From: Podarcis vaucheri
Taxonomy: Eukaryota
Strand: one strand, 5' to 3'
DNA length: 63,865 nt
NCBI GenBank assembly: GCA_965113315.1
Contig: OZ220371.1
This document shows positions 1-13,300 of the stretch, piece after piece (within the stretch, counting starts at the first letter, position 1; each line of letters opens with the position of its first letter). Made by a program: the position numbers and the translations under genes. The notes below the pieces were generated by a model that was not told the origin of the DNA, did no database searches, and worked only from the letters and a program-made list of their open reading frames with translations.

Positions 1-129
1 ATAAGGTCAAGACAAATCTTCAACAAAGCCTTTTCTACATGAATATTTGTCTGAAAGGCCACTAAGCTGCTTGTAAAAGGGCTGGGTATTGAAGGGCAGG
101 TGTTGAAGATGAACACACGGGGATGAACC

Positions 130-285
130 TTAGCTTAGGAGCAATGCAGCACATTCTCTGCATGCAGAAGGATCCAGAATCAATTACTGGAATCTTCAGA
201 TGTGGCTTGGAGACTCCTCTCTAAAATCCTGGGGTACATGTTGGGAGTCAGTGTAGAGAATCAGTATACTGAGGCTGCCTACATT
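130..285 (+). mobile_element. Degenerate tRNA-derived squamate SINE (Squam3-like)
   Basis: TGCATGCAGAAGGATCCAG...AGACTCCT...AGTCAGTGTAGA, similar to 31423-31580. Confidence 0.55.
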
Positions 286-1668
286 TCTCAATCCAACTGG
301 GTAGAGTTAACTTGATACAGCAGAAGGTATATGGGGATTCACATTCAAATGCACACCTCAATTTCCATTCCTTCACTAAAGGTCACATAAAGAACTAGAG
401 GTGATGCAACATCAGTGGACAGTGAAACTACCAATGCAATACAGAAAGAAAAGGAATGTCATCCTGCTGCCTGGCAACAGGGACATGCCTCCCTTTCACC
501 TCTATTCAGAGTGAGGGCAAGGGGGGTAGGGTGCTTAAATTTGCCTTTTGTGATGTAAACATGCAGCCTTAATCTAACTGGGTACTTTGTGTTTGATCAT
601 CATTTTAACTATATGATCCTTATATGGGAGCTTAATATTACACACATTCTGAATGTGTGCTTTTAACTTCTAGCTTATTAAACTGCTGAAATATGTTCTG
701 ACTTTAGAGTCAAAAGACCTGAACATCAACATGTCATGCAACTAATATAATTGGTAACTTCATACATATATGTATAATGTGCAAGCATGTTATTAAAGTA
801 GCCAGACTGGCTCTTAGTATACACTTATCTGTAAAGTACATGCAGTAGCCTATTTGTAGTCTTGTAACACAAGTACAGTTCAAAAATGACAGGATAAACA
901 TTTTTCCTGAAAAAATCTATGTATGAAATACATGGTATTTAGGCAGTACACAAAAAGTGGGTCCCAGGGCAAAATTTAGATGCTTATACTTAACTGGATT
1001 TAACTGGAATAAATAAATTCAAATTCTGAAATGGTGGGAGAAGGCTGGAAAATCCTTGTGACTTGTGGCCTGAAGAAGATGTCAATGAGCCCAAACTCCA
1101 GAAATAAATGTTTACATTTTTTTAAAAAAACCCACACTTATGGGATATAAAATGGCGGGTGGGAGCTCTTGCTGCTGCCCAGTACCCCACTCAACAGTGG
1201 GCTCAGATGTATTGTTCCCTGCTTTTTCTTGCAATCTAGAGGCAAAGGTACTGGAGAGCATGGAAAGCAGGTAAAACGGATGTTTAGAGGCTTTTTAGTG
1301 GGTGATCCCCACTTATGCATGGGGGGCCCCCAGAACATGAACCCCACATAAGTGGGGAGTCGCCTGTATAACCTAATATTAATCTTACTTTTTGTGTACA
1401 AAAACATGAATCTTAATATACTCCCAAAAATCCATATATACACTACTATTTAAAATAATAGCATGTATGTATTTTTATCCTAATTTTCAGCTTGGGAGGC
1501 CAACACAAATTGCTTGGGTCTTGACATATGCCCTGAGACCAAGATGGATCTATGCATGCACATGCAGGTTCCTGAAATGCAGTATAGAAATACTCAAATA
1601 AAATATAAATAAATGCATTATATACCCTTACAAACTTAGTTTTTTACACAAGAATGTATAACACATAT

Positions 1669-1688
1669 AAACAAACAAACAAACAAAC
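1669..1688. repeat. (AAAC)5 microsatellite
   Basis: Direct tetranucleotide repeat. Confidence 0.9.
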
Positions 1689-2136
1689 ATGAAAAATGAT
1701 AACCAGAAATGCTTAATTTCTTTTAGCAAGCACAACTAGTTCTTGGATAATCTATTTTACTTTACCACATGCTTAGATGCAATGAACCACATTTGATTTG
1801 AAAAAATTAGCTGTGCAGCTTCATCAAGAAGACTTTTTCTAAATCAAGTCATTTGCAGACCTTTACGATACTTTCACAGCTCATTTACACCAAGATTACC
1901 ATTTTCTTCCCCTACTTCATGTTCCCAAACACTTTTTTTAGATAGATATGTAAAAGATTCATCACAGGAAGTGAGGGACAGCTGCTCATTCTCAAGTAAA
2001 ATCAATGTGGCTTCAGGGAGCATTACAGTGTCATCTCTCTGTTATTAAATGTCACTATCCAGAGGCCTTTTTCAAAGTGTCAGACTCCTCTCTTTTACAG
2101 TCCATAAGACTTTAGAAACATTATATATGTATATTA

Positions 2137-2241
<105 letters not shown>

Positions 2242-2447
2242 TTAAAAGCATGATGTTAATATGGAATTTTAACTGCTAACGAATTACCAATGAGTTTAAA
2301 TGTCTAGATATATAAAACATAAATCTGTATAAATCTGTACTTATGTGTGTAAACTCACTGTGGCTTACTTCTGAGTAGACAGGTACTGGATTGCACTGTA
2401 TATGTTCTAATTTTGCAAGTATTATATACTGATTACACAACTAATAT

Positions 2448-2574
2448 TAGTGATGGGGAATCTGTGCCCTTTCAGACGCAGTTCCCATCATCCCTAATCA
2501 CTGGCTATGCTGGCTGAGGCTCATGGGAGTTGGAGTCCAACAGCATATGGAGTGCCTCAAGTTAGCCACCCATG
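2448..2574. mobile_element. Degenerate palindromic hAT MITE
   Basis: TCCCATCATCCCT...GCTGGCTGAGGCTCATGGGAGTTGGAGTCCAACA, similar to 32167-32302. Confidence 0.7.
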
Positions 2575-5500
2575 TTAAACAAAGTTCTGCAGGTTGCCAT
2601 CCTATCTCCCATGTTGTTTGCATCAGGAGAGCCACATCAGGAGGCTTCCCATCCAAGGCCATACAATGAACATACATAATCTGATGTTGTAAAAAATCTA
2701 GCATCTAGGGGGCAGCAAGTCTCCTACCCCCAGATTACAGGATAAAACATAAAGTCATGCTTCTCAGCAAAATATAAAGAAAATGAAATACGATGAAAAT
2801 GTCCTGAAACCTTCTTGGGTACCCCAGTTTTTAGGCTTTTCTAAAACATTGCTACTAGTTTTAACCATGGCTGGCAAAATAATTGTGACCTTACCTCTAT
2901 TCCAGTTTACAAACAAAACAAAAACACCAAAAGAAAGGATAGATTTGCCCTGTTAGAGTTCTCAGATGGCAATCAACTTTCAGGCCCTTATTTCTCTCTC
3001 AGACCAGCTGTTCAATTTCTCTCCTTTTTTGGCAAAGAGGACAAATATCACAGCTGTGGTATTCTCCAAGGAAGATGCTGCATCTGTAACTGCCACAATT
3101 GCATTAGTGGAGTCAGATGAAACACTTCATATCAGTTGTGCCAAATTGCAATCCCTCATCCACTTCGTTAAGTCCACTTCAGAGGCAGTCCTCGGGGCTA
3201 TGCTCCTCAGAGCGTAAACATTTTTTTAAAAAAGAAAGCCAGGTTGTGTTCTTGCATCCTCCTAATCATATTGAGGTTGTAGAATCTACACTAGGAACAT
3301 CTCTAGGAATTCAAGCTAATAGAGGATACAGTGGTTAAGCTACTATCTGGAATCCACAACCTGTCTGCACACACCATTCCAAATGTTGGCGCTTTCCTTT
3401 AAACTCTGCTGTTTTAATAATCTTGCTGGTTTTATGACTCAGTGTTTTAAATGGGTTTCTACTGGCTGTCAATTGCCCTGTGTATAAATGTTTGAATAAA
3501 GGAAATTATCTGATTGCGCTTTTGTCTGCTACAGAGAACTGAGAGTGAAGATATTTCACTACAGGGATGCAGAATATGCTTTACTAAACATAAAACTACA
3601 ATTCAGTAAAGGTGTAGACAGGAATGTCTACCAAATGGTACCTGCTAGTTCTGCAAAAAACATGAAAAAGGAAGTTCCTGGGATACACAGGAATGCATTG
3701 CAATAAAAGAAGATTCACCATATCCATGTTTTCCCAGGATGCTCCTGTTTGTAGTCTTCAAATGTCCGTGGATCCAACACTATGCCTATTAGCCTAGTAA
3801 CGGGCAGTGCCAGGAATACATTTTCCCAACATTAAATTAGTTAGAAGGAGGTATTGCTTTTTGTCACCCCAGACCAAAGGAGAGTAATTAGGGTCTTTGC
3901 AAACTCAAAAGTAAGAATACTGCAGTGTGACCTACAGGATGCTGTCCTTGGTGACTGCTTGGAAACTAAAAACTGGAACAATATGTGCTGCTAACAGTAC
4001 CTTATACTGCTGCTCTAGTATCTCCAAATGCTTCCTATTGCATTTGTGATAGGACAGCATTCATATATTTGACTTAATCTATCCAAACTTCCAGTTCAAC
4101 AAAAACCCCAGGAGATTTTCCCACTGTCCTTCTTTCAGCAGACAGATTTACATTATTCTTAGTAACATATTCCTAAAATACATCTAAGTGAAGTGGTCCA
4201 GAGGAATGCAACTCTGTTAGTTGGGTTTCAGGACAGTTGCGAATGTTCAGATGTGTCTATTTAGCTCACTCAACATGCACTCAGCCCCCCCCCCCAGCCC
4301 ACTGGAGGAGCTTGGCTGACTGAACATATATTGTGAAAGGTAGCATGTCAAATGCTTTTGAGTCTATGGTTAAATAATCAAGTCTAAATATGAACTCACC
4401 ATCCTATTTTCACCCTTGCAGAATCAGCCTTAAGTTACAACGTAACAGAAAAATGCAAACAAAAATTGTGCTGAAACGCTGACTAAATGTACATTACAAT
4501 TCATCTTTCTCTTTCCCTGTTGTCATATACTACCCTCTTACCTCACAGGTTTAGAAATCTAGCTCAGCCTTCGTTCCAGGAGAGTGGAAAACCCCGCTAT
4601 TCACTTTATTAGTGTCAAAATGACTGATACAAATGAAAGAATTTCAATAAAAGTGAGTGAATGCATTAAGAAAAGGGGATAAGCCAAAGAAGTGGAAAGT
4701 TTCTCTTCATACAAAAATATTGTGCTACTAACATTACACAGGATAGTGAACTCAAATAAATGAAGTACTACATGACAGATATACAAAGCATTGTGAGCAC
4801 TTAAAAAAACCCCGCACACATTCAAGACTTTATCAGCATGCTGCTGAAATGTTGCCCAATGTGTCATTCATAAATGGGGCCATTTGAGTTTAGCCCTTGA
4901 ATGGGGGAAGGCTTGATTTTCAATTCTCAATAGCTCACATTAAGTACTAGGGGTCAGGTACTACAGAAGAGAGTCAACAAAATCCACTATTAGCAACTGG
5001 AATGGGTTAATCCCATGTGGAAAGTATTTTTAAGTACAGTAGAGATGTTTTCTTTCTACCATATGAATGAATGGTATCACTTTCTTTAGGCTGTCCACTT
5101 ATTCAGAAATTTTCATACAGATATAAATATAGCTGAGTATAATTGGGAACAAAGGCTCAGTAACACTTTAACAAAGTTTAATTAGACACACAGATGACTT
5201 TTAAAATTGAAAAGGCTGGAAGATACTGTTTCTTAAGTGAGGTTACAATTACACGAGACCCCAAAAAACCCCATCATTAAGGTAACATAAATCCTGAATA
5301 TTTTTCTTGAAAGGAATTAATCAAATATTAAGTTCGGTCACAGTATTCTTTCAAATACAAAACTGTCTTACATTTAATACCATTCATTTAAGAAAATTAA
5401 TAATTTATGCAAAATGTATAATTTATTGTAAGTGCTCACTCTTCCCTTTGTGTACTTCAGCATTTCTTTAACAAGTTACTTCATATTACTCATTTTACAT

Positions 5501-7184
5501 TAACAAGTATGTGGAAGCAAAGCAGTATGAAGTATTAAAAGCTGCCAGTAATAAATTTTGTGCAAATAGCACAAAATATAAACTGTAATCAATAAATGTA
5601 AACCTATCTAGAAGGAGAAGTTCTTATCTTACTACATTACACATACAGATTAATATACTCATATATACTCATATATTGTGCTGCTTTGAAACCTTAGAGA
5701 GCAGTACAGAATAGGAAGTAAAAGTTAAAAAGTCTGCTTCTAGGCTCCTTTTTGGGTCAGGAAACCAAAATATAAATACAAGTAATAAATAATAATTGTT
5801 TTTGTTACTAGAAAATATGGAAATTCACGGAGTTTACATACATATATGACAGTATTCAATGAATGGGCCTAATTTAGTCATGTTAATTAATTTCAATAGG
5901 TCTACTCTGAGTAAAATGTAGTTAAATAACACCAATCTCCCTTTTACTCATTAACCCTCATACATAACCTCATCAACACATGCTCCTGGCACAAACAAAT
6001 ATCCTGCTCATGACATTCACTTTCCTTACATAGTCAAAAGCACACCATCCCCTCAGTCTAAGCACCCCTTTTCCTGCAAGGAAGGAAGGTGGTCAAGTCT
6101 TTAAGATGGCACCAAGACATATCCTGCTACCCTCACAACACCAATGAAGAGTATTGGTGGAAGGGTTTCATCCTATTCCTACCCACTAATTTATTCTTGC
6201 AAATCTTCCCTGTAAAGCCCTAGCTGGTGCTCTGAAACAACAAAGAAGCCCGGTTGCAGGAAAATGGAACTGAGGAGGTTTGAGCAGGAGAATTAGCAGA
6301 GGCAGGAGAGGTTAAACACTCTTCCCAACAAGCAACAGATTGTCCTAATTTGGCCTTTAGATGGAGTTTGGTGGACAAGAGTGAGAGATCAGGGGGTATC
6401 TAGGTTTCATCTGGTATGGTAGCTCCTGGCCACCATACCTAATGTCCAGTGGGAGGATAGAGTGCTTGCATCTGCTTCTCAGGCCTGGAATCACCTGCCT
6501 AGACATTCTCTGAAGGCTCCAATTAAACAATCTGGAGCTAACAAAAAAGGCAAGAACTTTGACAACTTGTACGAGCCACTTCAATGATTTCATACTTCAC
6601 AAAAATGCAATTTATAATGATAATAACAACTACCAATGTATTTGCATGCTAATGATTTCTCCCATTTTAAAGATTGCATAATTTCTCAAAAAACTTCTTT
6701 TTCACATAAAACTTCACTCATCATGCTTTCCTTACACCTTTCAATCATTATGTGCAAGACAACAGAAAATATCATAAAATCATGTCTGCATGCATCTCTA
6801 AGTTCATTTTGATAAATAGAAATAGGGGATGGATGCAATATAAGAGGCAAGACTGAAGCCACGGTTAGGGGCAGAAGGCAGCGCTAGGGGCATACCGTGT
6901 GATTACGAGGGGAGATAGCAAAAAGGTGTTAATATGAGGACTAGGAACAAGGTTTTAAAAAATAATTCCAATGGATTGACATCTTACCAATGCGGACAAC
7001 CTTAAGGTGGTTTGAGAATAGGAGCAAAACTGTGAGCAGGAATGACAAAACTGTTTCCTTGAGACATGGTATGGGGCTTGCTTTCCAAAAGGAATACTGC
7101 CTCCCACCACCAACATATGCCACTAATTACAAACAGGACTAAGTAGAACATTCTCTTGATTTAGAGGGAAGTAATGTATTCTGA

Positions 7185-7540
7185 GGGGGATGCGGGTGGC
7201 ACTGTGGTATAAACCACTGAGCCTTGGGCTTGCCAATTGGAAGGTCAGCTGTTCAAATCCCCACAACAGGGTGAGCTCCCGTTGTTCGGTCCCAGCTCCT
7301 GCCAACCTAGCAGTTTGAAAGCACGTTAAAGTGCAAGTAGATAAATAGGTACTGTTCCAGCGGGAAGGTAAACGGCATTTCCGTGCGCTGCTCTGGTTTC
7401 GCCAGAAGCAGCTGAGTCATGCTGGCCACATGACCCGGAAAAACTGCCGGCTCCCTCAGCCAGTAAAGCAAGATGAGAGCTGCAACCCCAGAGTCGTTTG
7501 AGACTGGACTTAACTGTCAGGGGTCCTTTACCTTTACCCT
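7185..7540 (+). mobile_element. Full-length Sauria SINE (lacertid type)
   Basis: tRNA-like head (GGTGGCACTGTGG...GTTCAAATCC), body motif GTGCAAGTAGATAAATAGGTAC, and ACCTTT-type tail. Perfect 13-bp TSD TAATGTATTCTGA at 7172-7184 and 7541-7553. Confidence 0.93.
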
Positions 7541-9424
7541 TAATGTATTCTGAAACACACCTCCATTAGTTCAAAGACAGAGCAAGTGACCAAGTTTGAC
7601 AGAAGAGAACGTCCACATTTCTTTTCTTAATTGCTGCATTTGGTCTGGGGATTTGGTGCAGTCAAATGCTGAGGGAGCATTGGCAGTCTCATCTAACTTT
7701 ATGCTCCAATTTTGCTGGATTACCCAGCATTGTCAGTGTCAGGTGAACCAGAAAAATATATGGAGGGAGCTAAGCAATGCATAAAGAAATTTCACTTAGT
7801 TCTTCTAAGGGTAGAACTTCAGTTCACTATATGGAACCCTAAATTACAACCTTTTCTAGGATATTTAAACCCTTCTAGGTTAAACACAGGTAAACAAAAA
7901 CATTTTCTATATAGTGGACCATACCTAAAATTTCCTCTCTGGAGATTTCTAAGTTATAATTCATAGCTGATTTTCTCTTTGTGTCATTTCCTTTCTCCCT
8001 TGTTACACAACTACAGCCATGCAAACCAAATGTGGAATTAGCTACTTATTTCAGTAGGGTTGAAATAATAATTAAATCTATTGTTAAATGTCCTCTGAAA
8101 TCCCTCTTTCAAAGTCACATACAGAGCACCTAACAACAAGGACGACATTTGAGAAACACAGAATAAAGTCTCTTGGTTTCATTCTAGGAATATAATTCAA
8201 CCAAACTAATGGATGGTTGAGCAAATATGCCTCCTGATTTGAAGGCCAGCAGCAGGTAAATGTGAGCAAAATTTGGTTAATAGCCCCAATGGCTTTAGCA
8301 ATTTGTCATCATACAAGATAATAGTCCTGATAAACACAAAAAACCCCTTGTTCACCGTTTTAGCTCTCTCTCTCTGTGTTTTAATATCTCCAATGAAGTT
8401 TATTGTTTATCTCAATCAAAAGAGTAGGCAAGGATTGAGAAATACATATTCATTGATTCCCTATCTTGTACTTAAAAATGGCAACCTGAAAATCACAAAT
8501 ATGTTTTCCTTCTTTTTTCAGTTATACAGATATAAAGCATACTTATCCCATTACTTCCAAAACCAAAATCCTGCCAAGTCTTACATTTCCATTATATTGT
8601 TTAAGCGTCCCCCCAAATCTGTTTGCCATCAGAGGGTGGTTGGTTTCACCTCTGCTGCCCAACCTCCAGCCAGAGGAACCTTCAGGAGGGGGTTGCTAGC
8701 ACAGGCATTATTTCTATGTGTATTTCAATGAGCAGAACAGAGTGAAAGATTATGTGTGTGGGGTGTGGAGTATGTGTGTAAGAACTTCACAGTCTTCTTT
8801 TTGCCTGCTATTTTGTTAACGTTGCTAATATTGTTTTATAAATTATAAATAATGTATTGATAATCATATGACTTTTGCTTTAATTGTGATGTCTAGTTTA
8901 TTTTTTACTAGTTGCTTTGTTAACAGTGTTATAAAGAAGGTAATTATTTCACTGATGATCTGTTAATTATTACGTACGATCCATGCTGTATTTATGATGT
9001 TTTATTACATTCTAACATGTTACTGTTATTTACTGTTTGCAAACTGCTTTGGGATTCATTTGAATGATAAGCAGCATAGGAGTATAAGAAATCAAATCAA
9101 ATCAAAATCTAGAGCAGATACTGCCTACATAGGAGAAGATAGATCTTCCAGTAAGTTACTTCCCATTTAATGCTGCTCCTTGTTTTGGTATCAATGCAAC
9201 TGCTAACCTAGATGAGCACATGGTGATAACTGCTTCCATGACACATTTTTATTTATATCAACTTAGAAAGTTGTCAAGAACTAGTCATGTGTACTTTGAT
9301 CACTGAAAATAGTCTGGAACATTCAAAATGGCCCCTTTTCCACATCCAATATGACACTACTTAACAGCCAATGTGATGATGATTATGATGATGACAGAAA
9401 GAAAAGCAGTATTAAGATACTCAC

Positions 9425-9460
9425 AAAAAGCAGCAGGAGCAAGGGAGTTATCACAATGCC
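9425..9460 (-). CDS. SLC10A7: SLC10A7 internal coding exon (36 nt, equivalent to exon 6), GIVITPLLLLLF
   Basis: The minus strand reads cttcttgatttctttcag|GGCATTGTGATAACTCCCTTGCTCCTGCTGCTTTTT|gtgagta, with a CTAAT branch-point motif about 22 nt upstream. The peptide continues the SLC10A7 sequence. Confidence 0.96.
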
Positions 9461-9676
9461 CTGAAAGAAATCAAGAAGTTGATTAGTTTTTCTTCACCAC
9501 ACCAAATATGGAAGCATGAAGACATTAGACATCACCCTGAGAAACATTTGGGCATTTATTTACAAAGCCACTGCAATGTCACTTTTCTCGTAACATACAA
9601 CCACGATTTGTGATGCTGAACTGGTATAAAACTTTAAAACACTTCTGTGCCAACAAACAGAAAAAGTTTAGCTTCA

Positions 9677-10335
9677 CTTGGAATAACAGGTTTGGAATTG
9701 CCCAAGAAAGATGTTAAATTGTTTTTGTATGCCACAACGGCTGCTCAAATTTTACTAGCCAAAAATTGGAAAACACAAGAATTACCAACAGTGGAAGATT
9801 GGCAGATGAAGATGATGGACTTTTCGGAGCTGACCTGACGGGAAGAATCCGCGACCAGAGAAAAGAGGAATACCAAGAAGATTGGAGGAAATTTAAGGAC
9901 TATTTGAATAAATATTGTAATATAAAAAACTTAGAAACTACTTGAAAGTACCAAAAAGGCCTAGGATTAAATTAGGATTCAATTAAATAAATGGGATTAA
10001 GAATAGTAAGAAAAGTGAACAAATTTGATTATAATTGGAATATTGTTGTTTAATAATGATATTGGAAAGCTGTTACATTCAAATACAAGGAAATTCAGAA
10101 GGGAGGGATTAGAGGAAGTCAATCAATATGTAAGCAAGGTTGGGTTTTAAAGTATTAAGATTATTTTTTCTTCTTTTTTATGGTGTGGTTTTGGTTGTAT
10201 TTCTCTTGTAATGTGTTGTACTGGTTTTTTCCCTTTGGTATGTTTCTTTTCTTTCTTTCTTTTTGTTTTTGTTTTCACTTTTTGTATTTTGTTATAATTG
10301 TGGAAAAATTAATTTAAAAAATTGGAAAAAAGAAA
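9677..10335 (+). mobile_element. 5'-truncated L1 LINE (ORF2 C-terminus plus 3'UTR)
   Basis: Peptide LGITGLELPKKDVKLFLYATTAAQILLAKNWKTQELPTVEDW...EDWRKFKDYL resembles squamate L1 ORF2 ends. T-rich UTR, A-rich tail, and an 18-bp TSD AGAAAAAGTTTAGCTTCA at 9659-9676 and 10336-10353. Confidence 0.9.
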
Positions 10336-13300
10336 AGAAAAAGTTTAGCTTCATATGTAGATGAAGGGGTGGGAATGATCTATGTTAACTATAATTAAAA
10401 GTATAAATCTTTCCACTTTTAAGTCTGACATCTCCCTCTCCTTTTATGTAAAATACATAAAATACAGGTCAAAAGACCCTTCCCACCATTGCTTCCCACT
10501 GCCTTAATAATCAACACCTTCCACAGAGGGGACAGGTGGTTTACTATCCTCGTCTGAGCTGTGGCCCTCTCTCGAGTAAAGTCTGCATCAACTGTGATGA
10601 ATTAGGTGTCGCGTGATTTTGTAATGTAAACTGATATCCTCTAGGAAGTGAGTGGAGATCTCAGAACTCATTTCACTTGATTAGACTCTGTGTCTCCGTG
10701 GTGGGAAGGCAAGTCTTTCATCTAATTTAGTCACATAGGACCACTTCAGCTCTCCACATCCCCCAGGCAAAGAAAGGCAAAAGATTTGTTTTCTTCAGTG
10801 ACAGCAAAGAGGTTTAAGGCTGATCACTGGGCATAATACAAGATTTTAAGTCTCATGAAGACAAAGCTTAAGACAACGCTTTAGGATTGGGAGATAACAT
10901 GACAAGCATCATTTTCACAGCAGCAAATGGTAATTCTCACTTCACCCACTCCGTCATACTTCAATACTTATCATAAATTAATAAAACAGCCTGCTACTTA
11001 ATGCATATTAATTCAAAGATCTTATTTAGCCCTTCCATTAAAAACTAAGGTTATTCCCCCCCAAAAAATATATCTATTAGGTATAATTTTCTGCATTACA
11101 ATTTTCTGCATTACAAAAGGACTAATCTGTATATATGTGTGTGCATGTGTTTAAACAAAACCTAAAGTGGTCCACAGTCTTTGATCTGGGTTTAAATCGC
11201 TGCTCTACCATATTTCCCTGATTTACCTTGACATGTCATTTTCAGTTTTAAGTTCCACACTTGTAAAAGGAAATATTCATGAACTCCATTCACAAGTTTG
11301 TTGTGAAGAAGGGTGAGGCAAGGGCTCTACATAAAATGCACATGCTGTTAGCTGCTATGGACCTTTGGGACAGGGCAGGCTATGAACTGAAATAAAAATA
11401 ACAAAAATCTGGATTCCTTACACCAGTTCAGGACACAGGCTTTTCTATTTTGGACCATATATTTATTTGTATTTCATGCCAGAGGCACATGAGAGCCTGT
11501 AGGGACCTGGGCTCCTCAGAGAGTCTGCTGGAATGCAGACCTTCTATTTGTGGACATATAGGGAGAAATGCACAGATTAAATAGTCTACTCAGTTGCTCT
11601 AGTTTTCTCACCAATGAATGCAAAGGGCACTTGGATAACTAAGGGCACTTGTTACTGTTAACTATAACATATATAAATATTTAACACAATTAATAATTGT
11701 GCACCTTTATTTATTTCATAGAGAACATTTTTGTCCTACTCTTCTACTAAGTAGCTTAGTCTGATATGAAAAGTTTCTCTTTCCCCCATCTTATCCTCAC
11801 AACAAGCCAGTGAGGCTCAGAGAATTTATAAACAGCTTAATATTTTAAAATCTCTAAGTGGTTTGCAATATAAAAAACAAACAATATCATGAAAACACAG
11901 ATACAACCTGAAACCAATAAAAAAGCAAAGCAAAAGACACTAAAAACAAATACAAACAGGAGTCAGAAAGATTCAGACACATAAAAGGGTCTGATTTTAT
12001 GCGTCAGGGAAAGCCTGGGAGAAAATGCAGGTCTTTACAAGGTGTCTGAAGCCTTTATCAGCAACTTATTGAACTTTGATGTACATGAAAACGTAGGGTG
12101 ATATAGAACCAAGCACATGAAAAAATTAGGAACCAACTAGATATTTTGCTACATATAGAATTATATATCAGGGGATTCATTTGATGGTTGCATTTTGTTA
12201 AAAATATAAACAAATGTATGCTGAAAGTTGCACAGCATAACTAAAAACTGCATCTCTTCTGAACTCAAATGCATTGTCTAATGGTCACTGTCTATGTATA
12301 AAAGCTTTAAAAGCTAAATATTTTAAGAGGTCATGTTGCTTTGCCTGTTTCCTCAGTAGCCAAATACCACCAGTGCTGTTCAGAACTTCTTCCTTAGTAC
12401 TGCAGTTTCAATACTGTAATACTACAGTACTGTATAATGAAACGCCTAAATTCCGAAAGCAAATATAAGTATCTGTGCAGTATGTGAACTATGACCATAC
12501 AACGCTGGTGTCATTAAGAAATAAGGGGGGGAAATGGGATAATCTCATTTCCACCACAGGGCACACAAAAGTGCCGTCAGTAAAACAGAACCATACTCAA
12601 AACTTAAACTTGACTGCTCTTCCCTCTACTGTGCTTCTTGTGCAAGTGCTATCAAACAAGCAGCATACAGAGATACAGAGATTCTGCCCAAGCATTTCTT
12701 TGCACAGAGAGAGTATGTACAGTATCTGCCCTTGTGGAGGCAAGGTCACTCAGCAGCAGAGTATTCTCAAAGTTAGGGTGGTATCTTTGTAGCTTTGTGT
12801 TGCAGCTCGTAATGGAGTCAAAGTTGTAAAGTGATTGCCTTTTACCATTCTGAAGAAAAACTTTCAAGAAATCCATTTACACCTCTGATGTGAAAGACCG
12901 ACAGAATATATTTCAATGATTTTAGTGGGAAGGAGAAGAAGAGGAAAATTCACAGCCTGACCCAAAATGCTCATACAAAGAATGATTCTGTGTAGAAGCA
13001 GTCACATCAGGAACCTGTAAATGCACTTTTCTTTACAGTGAGGATCATCTAACATGTCATATTTGGGAAAGGCAGTTATGCTTTTCTGAAAGGAAAATAG
13101 GCACCGAGGGGTAGGTTTTTATCTTCCTACAGAAGATTAAAAACCAACTTCTTATTTCAGTTCTGAATATTAACTTGAATAGGGTAGGTGTTTAGTTTTC
13201 AAAAATATGCACAATGCCCTTATTATCTGCCAAACCAGATTGCAATGCAAGAACACAATGAAGATTTATTTTTTAAGCCACGAGTTAATTATTAAGGAAG

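Noticed and set aside
1131-1366. Additional Tigger-type MITE
   Set aside because: Only one convincing end (ATAAGTGGGGAGTCGCCTG|TA) and an internal inverted copy are visible. The left boundary could not be fixed.
2940-3340. 83-aa and 73-aa ORFs with a coding-like look
   Set aside because: No recognisable domain and no supporting splice structure. Possibly an old retroelement fragment, but I cannot assign it.
6100-7120. Possible DIRS or LINE ORF1 remnant
   Set aside because: Only vague compositional resemblance, with no diagnostic motif or terminal structure.
9647-9838. 63-aa ORF as a host gene
   Set aside because: It is the truncated end of L1 ORF2 inside a TSD-bounded insertion.
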